Source of the DNA: an uncultured bacterium | GTDB lineage: Bacteria > Abyssobacteria > SURF-5 | Reading direction: 5' to 3' | Length of the DNA stretch: 64,000 nt | Assembly (NCBI GenBank): GCA_964607485.1 | Contig: CAZSKP010000002.1 | Span: 82,520 to 146,519 of the forward strand | Part shown: positions 38,840-48,744 of the stretch, in pieces | How the letters are laid out: each line of letters starts with the position of its first letter | Numbering within the stretch: the stretch's first letter is position 1 | Notes under the pieces: model-generated | Database searches by the model: none | What the model saw: only the letters and a program-made list of their open reading frames with translations | What the model was told of the DNA's origin: nothing | Made by a program: the position numbers and the translations under genes

Positions 38840-39745
38840 TTAATACAGGTCAACACTTTTTATTTCACATTCAGCTGAACTTATTTTCACCTTGGTAATC
38901 TCTCTGTAAGAACTAAATGAAAAATTAAAGCTCATTGACCCCGTTTCGCTACCATGGGCGTATAGACTATGTGTTTCACTTTCATAGTTTGAATCTGATT
39001 GTGTCGTGTATGTTTGCCTTCCCTTATATTCGATTTCGACGGTGCATTCCACTTCAACATCGATATATGAACCACCTTTGTAGTCTGTCTGAATTTCGTA
39101 GTCCAACGTCACATCACAATCCCGATAATAATTACCAGTGTAACTTTCATTACAGTCTATATCGGCTCCAGTAATTTCGACACAAACCTCTGCCCCAGTT
39201 TTATATTCGGTTTCACAATCATCACCACTGACACCCTGAAGCTTTCTTCTCTCCATCTCAAGTTTAAACGCCTTCTCAACTTCTTTTTGCTCTTGGATTT
39301 CCTGTGGTGTCATGGCAACACATATATTGCCTGATTTTTTAAAACCACTTTCACATTCCCAACCATTACCCAAAGAATTTAATTTACCGTTTTTAGGAAT
39401 TCTGACTGCTTTACATTGACCGCCGGATTTATAGTATCCTCTATTACAGTCCCAGCCATTACCCAGGTAGTTCAATTTGCCATTTTCGGGAATTTCAACT
39501 TTAAGACATTGATCGCCTGATTTATAAAAGCCCCTCTGACAATCCCATCCGTTACCCAAATAATTCAATTTGCCATTTTGAGGAATTTTTACGGCAATAC
39601 ATTTTCCTCCTGATTTGTAGAAACCTCGATCACAAGACCAACCATTCCCATAGGGATTTTTATGGGCATTATCCGGTAAGGATTGTGCTACGGAGGAGGA
39701 AGGTATCATTAATAGTAAGCTGAGAAACCAAAATAGTAATTTCAA
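38840..39745 (-). CDS. Secreted Cys-rich repeat protein; integron cassette gene
   Basis: Signal peptide, then four 31-aa repeats PxNGKLNxLGNGWxCxRGFYKSGxxC. AT-rich. Likely TTG start after GGAGG; the ORF track starts at 39763. Confidence 0.85.
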   Translation of the reverse strand: MKLLFWFLSLLLMIPSSSVAQSLPDNAHKNPYGNGWSCDRGFYKSGGKCIAVKIPQNGKLNYLGNGWDCQRGFYKSGDQCLKVEIPENGKLNYLGNGWDCNRGYYKSGGQCKAVRIPKNGKLNSLGNGWECESGFKKSGNICVAMTPQEIQEQKEVEKAFKLEMERRKLQGVSGDDCETEYKTGAEVCVEITGADIDCNESYTGNYYRDCDVTLDYEIQTDYKGGSYIDVEVECTVEIEYKGRQTYTTQSDSNYESETHSLYAHGSETGSMSFNFSFSSYREITKVKISSAECEIKSVDLY

Positions 39746-39759
39746 TTTAACCTCCAAAA

Positions 39760-39791
39760 ACATAACAATGTTTATATGGTTTATTCATAAC
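39760..39791 (-). mobile_element. attI-like site
   Basis: TAAACATTGTTATGT, compared with attI1 TAAAACAAAGTTRRRY. A second GTTATG lies 25 nt upstream. The core GTTATGT is the exact complement of this cassette's R''. Confidence 0.6.
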
Positions 39792-39863
39792 ACCTTTGGG
39801 CTGCGACATCGCGGCACAGGTCCCCGCCGGCAATGTTCGCATAAGGTTAATCGCAATGGCTAT

Positions 39864-39893
39864 AAAATACTACTTTCAGTTAAACAAAGTCAA
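39864..39893 (-). promoter_or_regulatory. Candidate Pc-like promoter driving the cassettes
   Basis: TTGACT-N18-TATTTT about 100 nt upstream of the attI-like core. Confidence 0.4.
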
Positions 39894-39904
39894 GGGAAAC
39901 AAGA

Positions 39905-40711
39905 CGGTCCAAAGTCGGGAGTCCGGAGTCCTGAGCTCAAAGACCATAACAGATTACGAAACGTCTTGAGAGTTCTTCCTTGCACCTTGGTGGCTTGGCG
40001 TGAGGAGAGATTGCTTCGGTCGTTACTCTCCCTCGCAATGACAACCAGGAAAAGAAAGAAAAAGAAATTCGCGTTTATCTGCGTTCATCCGCGGTGAGAA
40101 GAGGTTGTCTGTCGTTCTGCGAATAAATTCGCACCTACCTCATGTATTTCTCCGTGATCCCCGTGGTGAAAGAGGCTCCGCCGGGGCAAAAGGGGAAAGG
40201 CTCAAAAGGCGAAAAGGGAGAATCTGCGCTAATCCGTGTGCATCCGTGGTTCCCGTGGTGAAAGAAAGTCCTGAGTCAGGAGTCCTGAGTCTAGAGTTTA
40301 GACCACGAATTACACAAATTACACGAAATATCCTAAGAGTTCTTTTTTGCGTCTTGGCGTCCATTCGGCCTCGCTCATGGCGGGCCTGGCGTGAGGAGAG
40401 ATTGCTTCGGTCGTTACTCTCCCTCGCAATGACAGCCAGCAAAAGAAAGAGAAATCTGTGTTAATCCGTGTGCATCTGTGGTTCCCGTCTTTTTTCTGCT
40501 TCCTGTGGTGAGTTTTCTTCGCGGTCCTTCGTGCGCTTGGTGGATAAGACTGTTTTTGGGCGCTGCATGCGCTCCCTCTACAGAGATTTGTGTGATTCGT
40601 GGTCATGGAATCCTCGTATCTCGTTCACCCGCGCTAAGTCATTCTGAGCGTAGCGAAGAATCTCATATCTAACTGGCCAACAAGGAGATGCTTCGCTGCG
40701 CTCAGCATGAC
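39905..40711. repeat. Non-coding mosaic of several repeat families, including a duplicated module
   Basis: Identical 48-mer at 39996..40043 and 40387..40434, AGTCnGG heptamers, ATCYGTGTKCATCYGTGG-type nonamers, GTAG-type REP-like hairpins and a family A element at 40638..40711. Confidence 0.85.
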
Positions 40712-40772
40712 AACTGACTGGCTGATACCAGACAGTCACAGAGGGCGGTGAACCCTCTCCAGAGCCTGGGGC

Positions 40773-40801
40773 TTGACAAGAATAAAATTCTAGAGTATAA
40801 T
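40773..40801 (+). promoter_or_regulatory. Consensus sigma70 promoter with an overlapping palindromic operator
   Basis: TTGACA-N17-TATAAT. Near-palindrome TAGAGTATAATTCTA over the -10. Confidence 0.85.
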
Positions 40802-40807
40802 TCTAAT

Positions 40808-41428
40808 ATGCCGAGGAAAGCACGGAGCAGACATGCAGGGTCAACGAAGCGCAGGCGGGAGATTGTCCGGGCGGCGCTGGAGTGTTTTGCGGAGTTCGGG
40901 CTCGCCAACGCCACGATGGAGGATATCCGAAAGCGCTCGGGAGCGAGCAACGGCAGTATCTATCACCATTTCACGAGCAAGGAGTTGCTGGCCGCGGCGG
41001 TGTATGTCGAGGGACTCATCGAGTACCAGCGGGGGCTGCTGGCGGAGCTCGAGCGCCATCAGGACGCGCGGGCCGGCGTGCGCGCAATCGTCGGCTACCA
41101 CCTGCGTTGGGTGAACGAGCATCCGGACTGGGCGCGGTACCTGCTGGAGATGCGGCACGCCGAATTCGTCGCGACGACGGAGGCGGCCATCGCGGAGGAG
41201 AACCGGCGGTTCGTCGCGCGGCTGGTCGGGTGGCTTCAGCCGCACATCTACGCGGGGGCATTGAGACGCCTGGCGCCCGACCTCTTCATCTCGATGATTA
41301 TCGGCCCAAGCCAGGAGTACACGCGGCTTTGGCTCGCCGGCCGGGCGCGCACGGAGCTTTCTGCGGCCGTCGAGGAGTTGGGCCGGGCGGCGTGGCTGGC
41401 CGTTCGCGGCGGCGAAGGTGATGAATGA
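40808..41428 (+). CDS. TetR/AcrR family regulator
   Basis: AALECFAEFGLANATMEDIRKRSGASNGSIYHHFTSKE HTH. Start moved to MPRKARS. Confidence 0.93.
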   Translation: MPRKARSRHAGSTKRRREIVRAALECFAEFGLANATMEDIRKRSGASNGSIYHHFTSKELLAAAVYVEGLIEYQRGLLAELERHQDARAGVRAIVGYHLRWVNEHPDWARYLLEMRHAEFVATTEAAIAEENRRFVARLVGWLQPHIYAGALRRLAPDLFISMIIGPSQEYTRLWLAGRARTELSAAVEELGRAAWLAVRGGEGDE

Positions 41429-41533
41429 ATGCAACCTGTGAGAGAGCTACCAGCGTGGCATGCTGTGGGGACAGTCCCCGTCGCTCACCGCAACCGTGCG
41501 AAAAATTCGCAGTCCCCACCGTTGCGGTATTTC

Positions 41534-41563
41534 TGTACAGGCGCACGGCCGTGCGCCCCTACA
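41534..41563. repeat. GTAG-type REP-like hairpin
   Basis: TGTACAGGCGCACGGCCGTGCGCCCCTACA, whose reverse strand begins GTAGGGGCGCAC followed by a palindrome. Confidence 0.6.
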
Positions 41564-41635
41564 AGATGCGGCATAAGAATCACGGCAGAATTTCAGGAAT
41601 CTGAAGGTGAGTAACACAAACTTAGGCGGAGGGAA

Positions 41636-42028
41636 ATGACCATGGACGAAGCACGTATGCGTGAGCTTGCCGACCAATTCTTGAGCGCGTGGAACACTCA
41701 GGAAGTCGAGCGCGTCGTCGGTGTGTATACGGACGACGTGACCTACGTGGACCCGAACACGCGCGGCCCGGTGAAGGGGGCGGATGCGCTGCGCCGCTAC
41801 CTGACCAAGCTGTTCGCGAACTGGAAGATGCACTGGTCGTTCCGTGAGGGGTATGTGTTCGAAGGCGGGAACGGGTGCGCCGTGTTGTGGCACGCCACCT
41901 TTCAGAAGCCCGAGGGCGGGCCGAAAGTGGAGGCCGACGGGATGGACTTCGTCAGCGTGCGCGACGACCGCATCGCGCGCAACGAGGTGTATTTCGACCG
42001 GGCCGTTCTTGCGCCGCTCATGGGGTAG
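41636..42028 (+). CDS. SnoaL/NTF2-like protein
   Basis: FLSAWN...YTDDVTYVDP...GMDFV...NEVYFD. GGAGG RBS. Confidence 0.88.
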   Translation: MTMDEARMRELADQFLSAWNTQEVERVVGVYTDDVTYVDPNTRGPVKGADALRRYLTKLFANWKMHWSFREGYVFEGGNGCAVLWHATFQKPEGGPKVEADGMDFVSVRDDRIARNEVYFDRAVLAPLMG

Positions 42029-42097
42029 GCGTTGCTGCTCGTGTCGCGTTTCACGAGCGATAGGCCATACACATGAGACCGGGACTGTGACACCGGC

Positions 42098-42215
42098 TGT
42101 CATTCTGAGCGCATAGTTGTCATTCTGAGCGCTGCGAAGAATCTCTCTTACTCAACGATTTGCATCGAAACCGAGATCCTTCACTTGGGCCTGCGGCCCT
42201 TCGTTCAGGATGACA
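42098..42215. repeat. Palindromic extragenic element, family A, with a duplicated left end
   Basis: TGTCATTCTGAGCGC twice, then ...TTCAGGATGACA. Lies between convergent genes. Confidence 0.78.
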
Positions 42216-42272
42216 TCGAGAAGTGTACTCCGCCTTTCCGGAGGTCTATGCGGGGCTCAGGAAACGCAACGT

Positions 42273-42746
42273 CTAGAAGGTCACGTCGAGGACTTCGTAG
42301 CGGAGTTTGCCGGCGGGGACCTGTATTTCGGCGACGTCGCCCTGTTTGAGACCGAGGAGCGCCTTGCCGACGGGAGACGCGATGGAAATGCTGCCCGTCT
42401 TCGCGTCGGCTTCTTCGGCGCTGACCAGCTTGTATTCGAACTCTTTGCCGCGGGCGAGGTCCTTCAGTTTGACACAGGAGCCGAGGTACGCCTTGCCGTC
42501 GCCCGCCTGGCCGGGCTCGTAGATGCGGGCGCGCGCGAGTTTTCCCTCCAGTGTGGAGATCCGGTTTTCGAGAAGCATCTGCTGGTGCTTGGCGCTGTCG
42601 AACTCTGCGTTCTCGCGGAAATCGCCGTGCGCCCTCGCCCTTTCGAGCACACGCGCCATCTCCGGCCGTTTGACGGTTTTCAATTCTTCCAGCTCGGCCC
42701 TGAGTTTTTCGTAGCCCTCCTGGGTAAGCCATTCGATTTCGGTCAT
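42273..42746 (-). CDS. greA: Transcription elongation factor GreA
   Basis: LTQEGYEKL, ARAHGDFRENAEF, ISIASPVGKALLG. Confidence 0.95.
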   Translation of the reverse strand: MTEIEWLTQEGYEKLRAELEELKTVKRPEMARVLERARAHGDFRENAEFDSAKHQQMLLENRISTLEGKLARARIYEPGQAGDGKAYLGSCVKLKDLARGKEFEYKLVSAEEADAKTGSISIASPVGKALLGLKQGDVAEIQVPAGKLRYEVLDVTF

Positions 42747-42766
42747 CTTGATACCCCCTCGGGGAA

Positions 42767-42795
42767 ATGATACTGCTCTGCATGGGCATTGTCAA
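42767..42795 (-). promoter_or_regulatory. Sigma70 promoter of greA
   Basis: TTGACA-N17-TATCAT. Confidence 0.75.
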
Positions 42796-42926
42796 GGCCG
42801 GCGGCCAAGGGTCTTGCGTAATTCCCGGACCTCTCGGTCGAGGTAAGGCGGCCGGGGGCGAAACCCTCCCTCAGAATTTCGATAACCTTGGGCGCGAGCG
42901 CCGCAGCGATTCTTCTTTTACCGAGC

Positions 42927-44327
42927 TCAGAATTGAAAGTATATGAAACGCTGTTCAGTCGTGAAGAAGAGGAATATCGCTATTGTCGCGCACGAATACC
43001 CGAACGCCTGGACGGGGGCGGGAAGCCTGACGTACCATTCTTCCATGTTCCATCTGCTTCTGACGATATGACTGAGCGACGCGAGCGCCAGCATGAGCAC
43101 AATGGTGATCTGGACCGTGTGCGGGTCGAAGCCGGCCTTGAAGATGTTGTGGAGTATATCGCCCACCTTCGATAACGACTCCGCCCTGAACAGAACCCAG
43201 CCGAGACACACGAAGTTGAACGTGAACAGAGCGGTCAGGCCGGACAACACAAACGAAGTCGGCGAGAATATCCTTTTCACAAACTCGAACTTTTCTTCCA
43301 GCCACCTTTGCACCGCTATCAAGACGCCGTGATAGAATCCCCACAGCACGAACGTCCAGTTCGCCCCGTGCCAGAGCCCGCCCAGCACCATCGTGGTCAT
43401 CACGTTGAAATAGGTTCGTCCCCTCGTCTTCCGGTTTCCGCCCAAAGGAATATAAAGATAATCGCGCAGCCACGTGGAAAGCGAGATGTGCCACCGCCGC
43501 CAGAACTCGCGCGGACTCTTCGAGATGTAGGGAAGGTCGAAGTTGATGGGTATCTCAAACCCGAACAGCTTGCCGCACCCGATAGCGATGTCGGTGTAGC
43601 CGGAGAAGTCGAAATATATCTGAAAAGCGTACGCATAGACGGCGACGAGTGTCGCAATGCCGGAATAGTCCCCGGGCGTGGCAAACACCTTGTCCACATA
43701 GCCGCCAAGGAAATCGGCGAAGACAATCTTCTTGACAAGCCCTTGCGCCACCAGGAAAATCCCCCTGACGGCTCGCTCCGCGTCGTAAACGCGCCTCCTC
43801 TTGATCTGCGGCAGGAGCGTCTTCGGCCTGACGATCGGTCCGGCAACAAGCTGCGGGAAAAAAGAAATGTATGCCGCAAAATTCCAGAACGACCGCTCCG
43901 CCTGCTCTCCCCTGTAGGTATCAACGATGTAGCTCATCATCTGAAACGTGAAGAACGAGATCCCCAAGGGGAGCGTTATCTCAGCCAAACCGAAGTTGAG
44001 ATTGATTCCGTAAAGGTTCAGCGTCCACTTCAAAGATTCGGCGGCAAAGTTGGCATACTTATAGAAACCGATGCTGAGCAGGTCGAGCGAAATGGCCAGG
44101 CAGAGGAAGTGACGGGCGTAGCGGGGCCTCCTTGCAATCTCCAGCGCGAGCCCGAAATTCAGCACGGTGAGAACAGCCAACAGGAAGAAGTAGATGGGGT
44201 AGGAGTACATGTAGAAGAAGTAGCTCAGCCCCACCAGAAGGAACACTCGGTGGGAACGAGGAGACGACCAGAACAGAATCAGCGCAATCAGGAGAAATAC
44301 GCCAAACGCACCGCTGTTGAATAACAT
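42927..44327 (-). CDS. MBOAT O-acyltransferase (AlgI/DltB-like)
   Basis: MLFNS, LPLGISFFTFQ, FFPQLVAGPI, DFSGYTDIA, FWRRWHISLS, GLWHGA. Confidence 0.95.
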   Translation of the reverse strand: MLFNSGAFGVFLLIALILFWSSPRSHRVFLLVGLSYFFYMYSYPIYFFLLAVLTVLNFGLALEIARRPRYARHFLCLAISLDLLSIGFYKYANFAAESLKWTLNLYGINLNFGLAEITLPLGISFFTFQMMSYIVDTYRGEQAERSFWNFAAYISFFPQLVAGPIVRPKTLLPQIKRRRVYDAERAVRGIFLVAQGLVKKIVFADFLGGYVDKVFATPGDYSGIATLVAVYAYAFQIYFDFSGYTDIAIGCGKLFGFEIPINFDLPYISKSPREFWRRWHISLSTWLRDYLYIPLGGNRKTRGRTYFNVMTTMVLGGLWHGANWTFVLWGFYHGVLIAVQRWLEEKFEFVKRIFSPTSFVLSGLTALFTFNFVCLGWVLFRAESLSKVGDILHNIFKAGFDPHTVQITIVLMLALASLSHIVRSRWNMEEWYVRLPAPVQAFGYSCATIAIFLFFTTEQRFIYFQF

Positions 44328-44339
44328 TATCGGTTCCTG

Positions 44340-44654
44340 CTACTCACGCTCCGGCTGGTGCCGCGAGGCGCTGTCAATCGCTTGTTCGTCATCGTCTTCT
44401 TCAGGCGTGTCCGCCGGTTCGATTCTCTTCCTGACGGCCATGATGGCCGCGTACAGGAGCGCCAGTACGAGGCCGGGCAAGAGCGCGTCTTCTACCGCAT
44501 AACGCGGAAGAACATTCCCAACGCGAAACAGCCGCATTTCGCGACCAATACGGTCGGCAAGCGTCGTAGCCGGAAAGTAGAGAACCATCAGCCCGAAGAC
44601 GACGTAGATAGCCCGCGTCGCCCACCGTAAGAGCAGTTTCAGTACCCGCATCAT
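44340..44654 (-). CDS. Small two-TM membrane protein
   Basis: Two hydrophobic segments and an acidic tail. GGAG RBS; co-oriented with the MBOAT gene. Confidence 0.6.
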   Translation of the reverse strand: MMRVLKLLLRWATRAIYVVFGLMVLYFPATTLADRIGREMRLFRVGNVLPRYAVEDALLPGLVLALLYAAIMAVRKRIEPADTPEEDDDEQAIDSASRHQPERE

Positions 44655-44848
44655 TGCAGCGATTTCACTCCATCGACACGTCGGGAAAACCTCAGCCCAT
44701 GGGAATTAATCATAGTATAGTAGCGGAAAAAACAAAAATCAAACCGCATGCGAACGACCCGGCACGAGACGCCTTCCTCAAGAGCGAAGCCGCAAGACAC
44801 CTTTGCCTGGGGGCCATAGGATGAATGCGAGTCGAGCGGGAGAATGTC

Positions 44849-45760
44849 CTACGGAGATATTCCGTAATTTCTTTGCAGGTGGTCCTTTATTATGTCGGCA
44901 ACAACGTTCACTCCATGCTCGTTCAAGTGGACGAAGTCATGAAAATTCTCGGGCTCAACATCATCGGAAAGATCAATGTAAGGCAGCTTCGATTGTTCGA
45001 ATAATGAACGGAATCTCTGACGGCTCGCATAGATGGCATTCATCTTTTCCGCCGCCACGGTGCTCGACCGCACAATCTTCCGGGGCAAACTGGGATGGAT
45101 AACGTAAAGGGTGTTTGGGTGATTCCTATGCAGTTCGACAAAAGGACCGAGGTCAATATCCTGAGGCGATAATTTCGAAAGAGCGGAAAGCTGGTATCCT
45201 GCCATGTCCAGATACAGTTCGGGCTCGCGCGTGAAATCTGCGCACTCGGCAAATTCAGACTTGTCGATATTGGCTTTCGCAAAGGCGAATCCCTCTTGGG
45301 GCGGTTTAAGAAAGGTTCTAATCGCTGCTCTCGTTACCGTTAATAGACGAGCTCGCCTGGATTTTACTTCCCTTCTGACAGGCTGATTCATGGTGAGGAT
45401 TTCGTTAATAGTGATGACGTAGACTACGAGATCATCCGGTCTGCAATAATTATTGATAATAAAGGAACATTCGGGGAGACGACCCGCATCCAGCGTAAGG
45501 TTGTGCCCGAATTTCTCCCCAATTGCCCTCGCATAGGAGGGACCGACGATCACGACCTGCGGTTCGGATTTTCTCAACTCGTCTATTTGACGGTCAAGAT
45601 TCAAAAGGGCGCGTTCGGGAAAATATGTCTTGGAGAACCTGACAAAGGCGATGACAAAAATGCCGAATCCGACGGCGATACAAGACACAAAAAAGATATA
45701 CCAGACTCCAATTCTCAGAGGAGTCATCCGACCTATCTTTCGGAGAGAAACTTCTCGCAT
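44849..45760 (-). CDS. Membrane-anchored SGNH-like (AlgJ/DltD-like) protein
   Basis: N-terminal TM, VIVGPS block I variant, C-terminal FHDFVHLN (DxxH). Close to the MBOAT gene. Confidence 0.6.
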   Translation of the reverse strand: MREVSLRKIGRMTPLRIGVWYIFFVSCIAVGFGIFVIAFVRFSKTYFPERALLNLDRQIDELRKSEPQVVIVGPSYARAIGEKFGHNLTLDAGRLPECSFIINNYCRPDDLVVYVITINEILTMNQPVRREVKSRRARLLTVTRAAIRTFLKPPQEGFAFAKANIDKSEFAECADFTREPELYLDMAGYQLSALSKLSPQDIDLGPFVELHRNHPNTLYVIHPSLPRKIVRSSTVAAEKMNAIYASRQRFRSLFEQSKLPYIDLSDDVEPENFHDFVHLNEHGVNVVADIIKDHLQRNYGISP

Positions 45761-45908
45761 ACCGTGGAATCATATCATACAGGGGCGACTTCACGCCAAT
45801 ATACTCACACCTCGTCGTACCCTTCTGTCAAAGCCCCGATTTGGCCAATGTCATTCTGTATCCGGCGCCTTTGACTCTCGAAGAAAGGACCCATGCAGCG
45901 AGACGGTC

Positions 45909-47096
45909 TCAGCGCAGATAGCCAAGCGACTTTAGAATAAAGGCTTGGGAAGATTCGGGAGTTTTTGTCGTGGCGGCGGGCTTGGGTTCGATCGTCAAGT
46001 ACATTGCCCGATTGAACCGTTTAGGTGCAACATCCGCAGCGAATGGGTTCGGCTGGACGCTGATCTCTATGGTTGTTCTTCTGTGTCGGAAATCGGCTCC
46101 CTCAAGTATCAAGAAAGGGATGTCGGAAAGCTGTAAATACTCTAGATTTTCCCCGGTTCGGGCGCTGTGCGGATATTTGACGAGACAAGGAACGTGAACG
46201 AGATGCTCTTCGAGAAGCACGCCATGCCTCAAGTAATTGCTCTCGCCGAAGCTTTCGCCGTGGTCGGAAACGAGTACAACAAGCGCGGAATCATAAAGGT
46301 CATGGTCCTTGAGGTAGCGAATAACTTCTGCGACGCCGCGGTCAACAGTGCGGATTTCCTCGCAATAGGCTTCTACCAAGGCTGCATGCTGAGCTTCGCT
46401 CAGCGACTGTTCGTCGCGCATAACAGGCGAAAAATACGGCTCCTCCATTGGATTCAAGTCTCCGTAAGGGGAATGAAGTTCACAGTAATGGATGTAAGCA
46501 AAGACCTTTTCATGTTTCTTTTTGAGGTTTGCGAGAACAAATCTATTAATGTCGGACGCAGCCTTACCATCGCTCGAGGATGAATAAGCCTGAAAGCCCT
46601 GCAAGAAATCCTTTACTGCCTTAACAACCGAAATGCCAATGCTTGCAAACGTAAAATAGCCGTGCTCCGAAAGCACCTCGGCAATTGTCGTTTGTTCGGT
46701 CCCGAGCACGCCGCAAGGCATGCCTTCCAGTAAAGCGTCGCCCTCGGAATTCCAATCTACCCCGTGCTCCCGCGCGAGAAGTCAGGTGAAGAGCGAGGCT
46801 ACGGCAGGAACAGTCCATGAGGAGTTGGAATAGGCATTTTCATAGGAGAGGCAGTCGGGCTTAAATTCATTGCAGATAAAAGGCGCATTCGCAGGCCTAA
46901 GAAAATCTTTGCGAAGCGTATCAATCAGAATGACGACGATAGTATCCGGCACATTGCGCCATTCAGGGGAAGTCTCGACCAAACTCTCAGCAGCAGTCGC
47001 TTTTGACTTTTCCGATTGCGACCAGAGATACATCACACCCACGGCGCCAAGGACAAGAATGGTTACAAGAACAATGGCAAAGGTTGAGCGCTTCAT
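45909..47096 (-). pseudogene. Sulfatase/alkaline-phosphatase superfamily gene interrupted by one in-frame TGA (46782..46784)
   Basis: IDTLRKD, SSWTVPAVASLFT*LLAREHG, then YIHYCELHSPY, SDHGE, HVP, LKSLGY. Both ORF-track pieces are in the same frame. Confidence 0.85.
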
Positions 47097-47539
47097 GGCT
47101 TACCTCCCAGAAAAAGCTGCCCGCCGGGAGCCGGTGTTCGGGAACCAAGCGGAAGGTGCTCCTGAGGTACACAAGCAGGAAATCTATGCGTTCTCACTGT
47201 AGATAAGACTCCCTCCCGAATACCAACGACGCTATAGGGCAAAATTATACCATACAAAAGCGATTTCGCACCAGCACACTCGCGCGTCGTCTTACATTAC
47301 GAGCGAGATCTCTATCCGGCCGGTGTAATTCCACTCCCGGCGCCCTTGACCCCCGAAGAATGTACTCATGCAGCGGGACGTGAAATCGAGATCGAAGTGT
47401 GAGGCGTACTCTCTCCCTCACCCCCTCCCGGGTCGTGCATGTGCGACCCACATAATTCTTGACCCGCGTCGGAGTTTTCTGCTAACATTCCCTCATTGTG
47501 GCCGGAGGTTTCAGGGAATTAAGCTCCTCCGGCGGCTGA

Positions 47540-48595
<1,056 letters not shown>

Positions 48596-48671
48596 CCGCA
48601 GCCGGGACTTTCCCACCCGGACTCAGCACTCATCCCATGCCGGACCGCATTCATTTTCCCTCCCCTCTTTC

Positions 48672-48700
48672 TTGAAACTATCCCGCCTGCCGCGTATAAT
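48672..48700 (+). promoter_or_regulatory. Sigma70 promoter
   Basis: TTGAAA-N17-TATAAT. Confidence 0.7.
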
Positions 48701-48744
48701 AGCTCGGACTTTTCGGAGGAATATCCGGGCCGGAGACTCGATTG

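Noticed and set aside
39768-40672. ORFs 39768..40097, 40105..40464, 40140..40442 and others as genes or an intI remnant
   Set aside because: They translate repeat DNA (shared WREERLLRSLLSLAMT) and show no tyrosine-recombinase motifs.
39905-40711. CRISPR array
   Set aside because: Only two exact copies of a 48-mer 391 bp apart, no regular repeat-spacer period and no cas genes.
46782-46784. Selenocysteine or TGA=Gly genetic code
   Set aside because: The position aligns to Gly, not Cys, and many genes in the window end in TGA.
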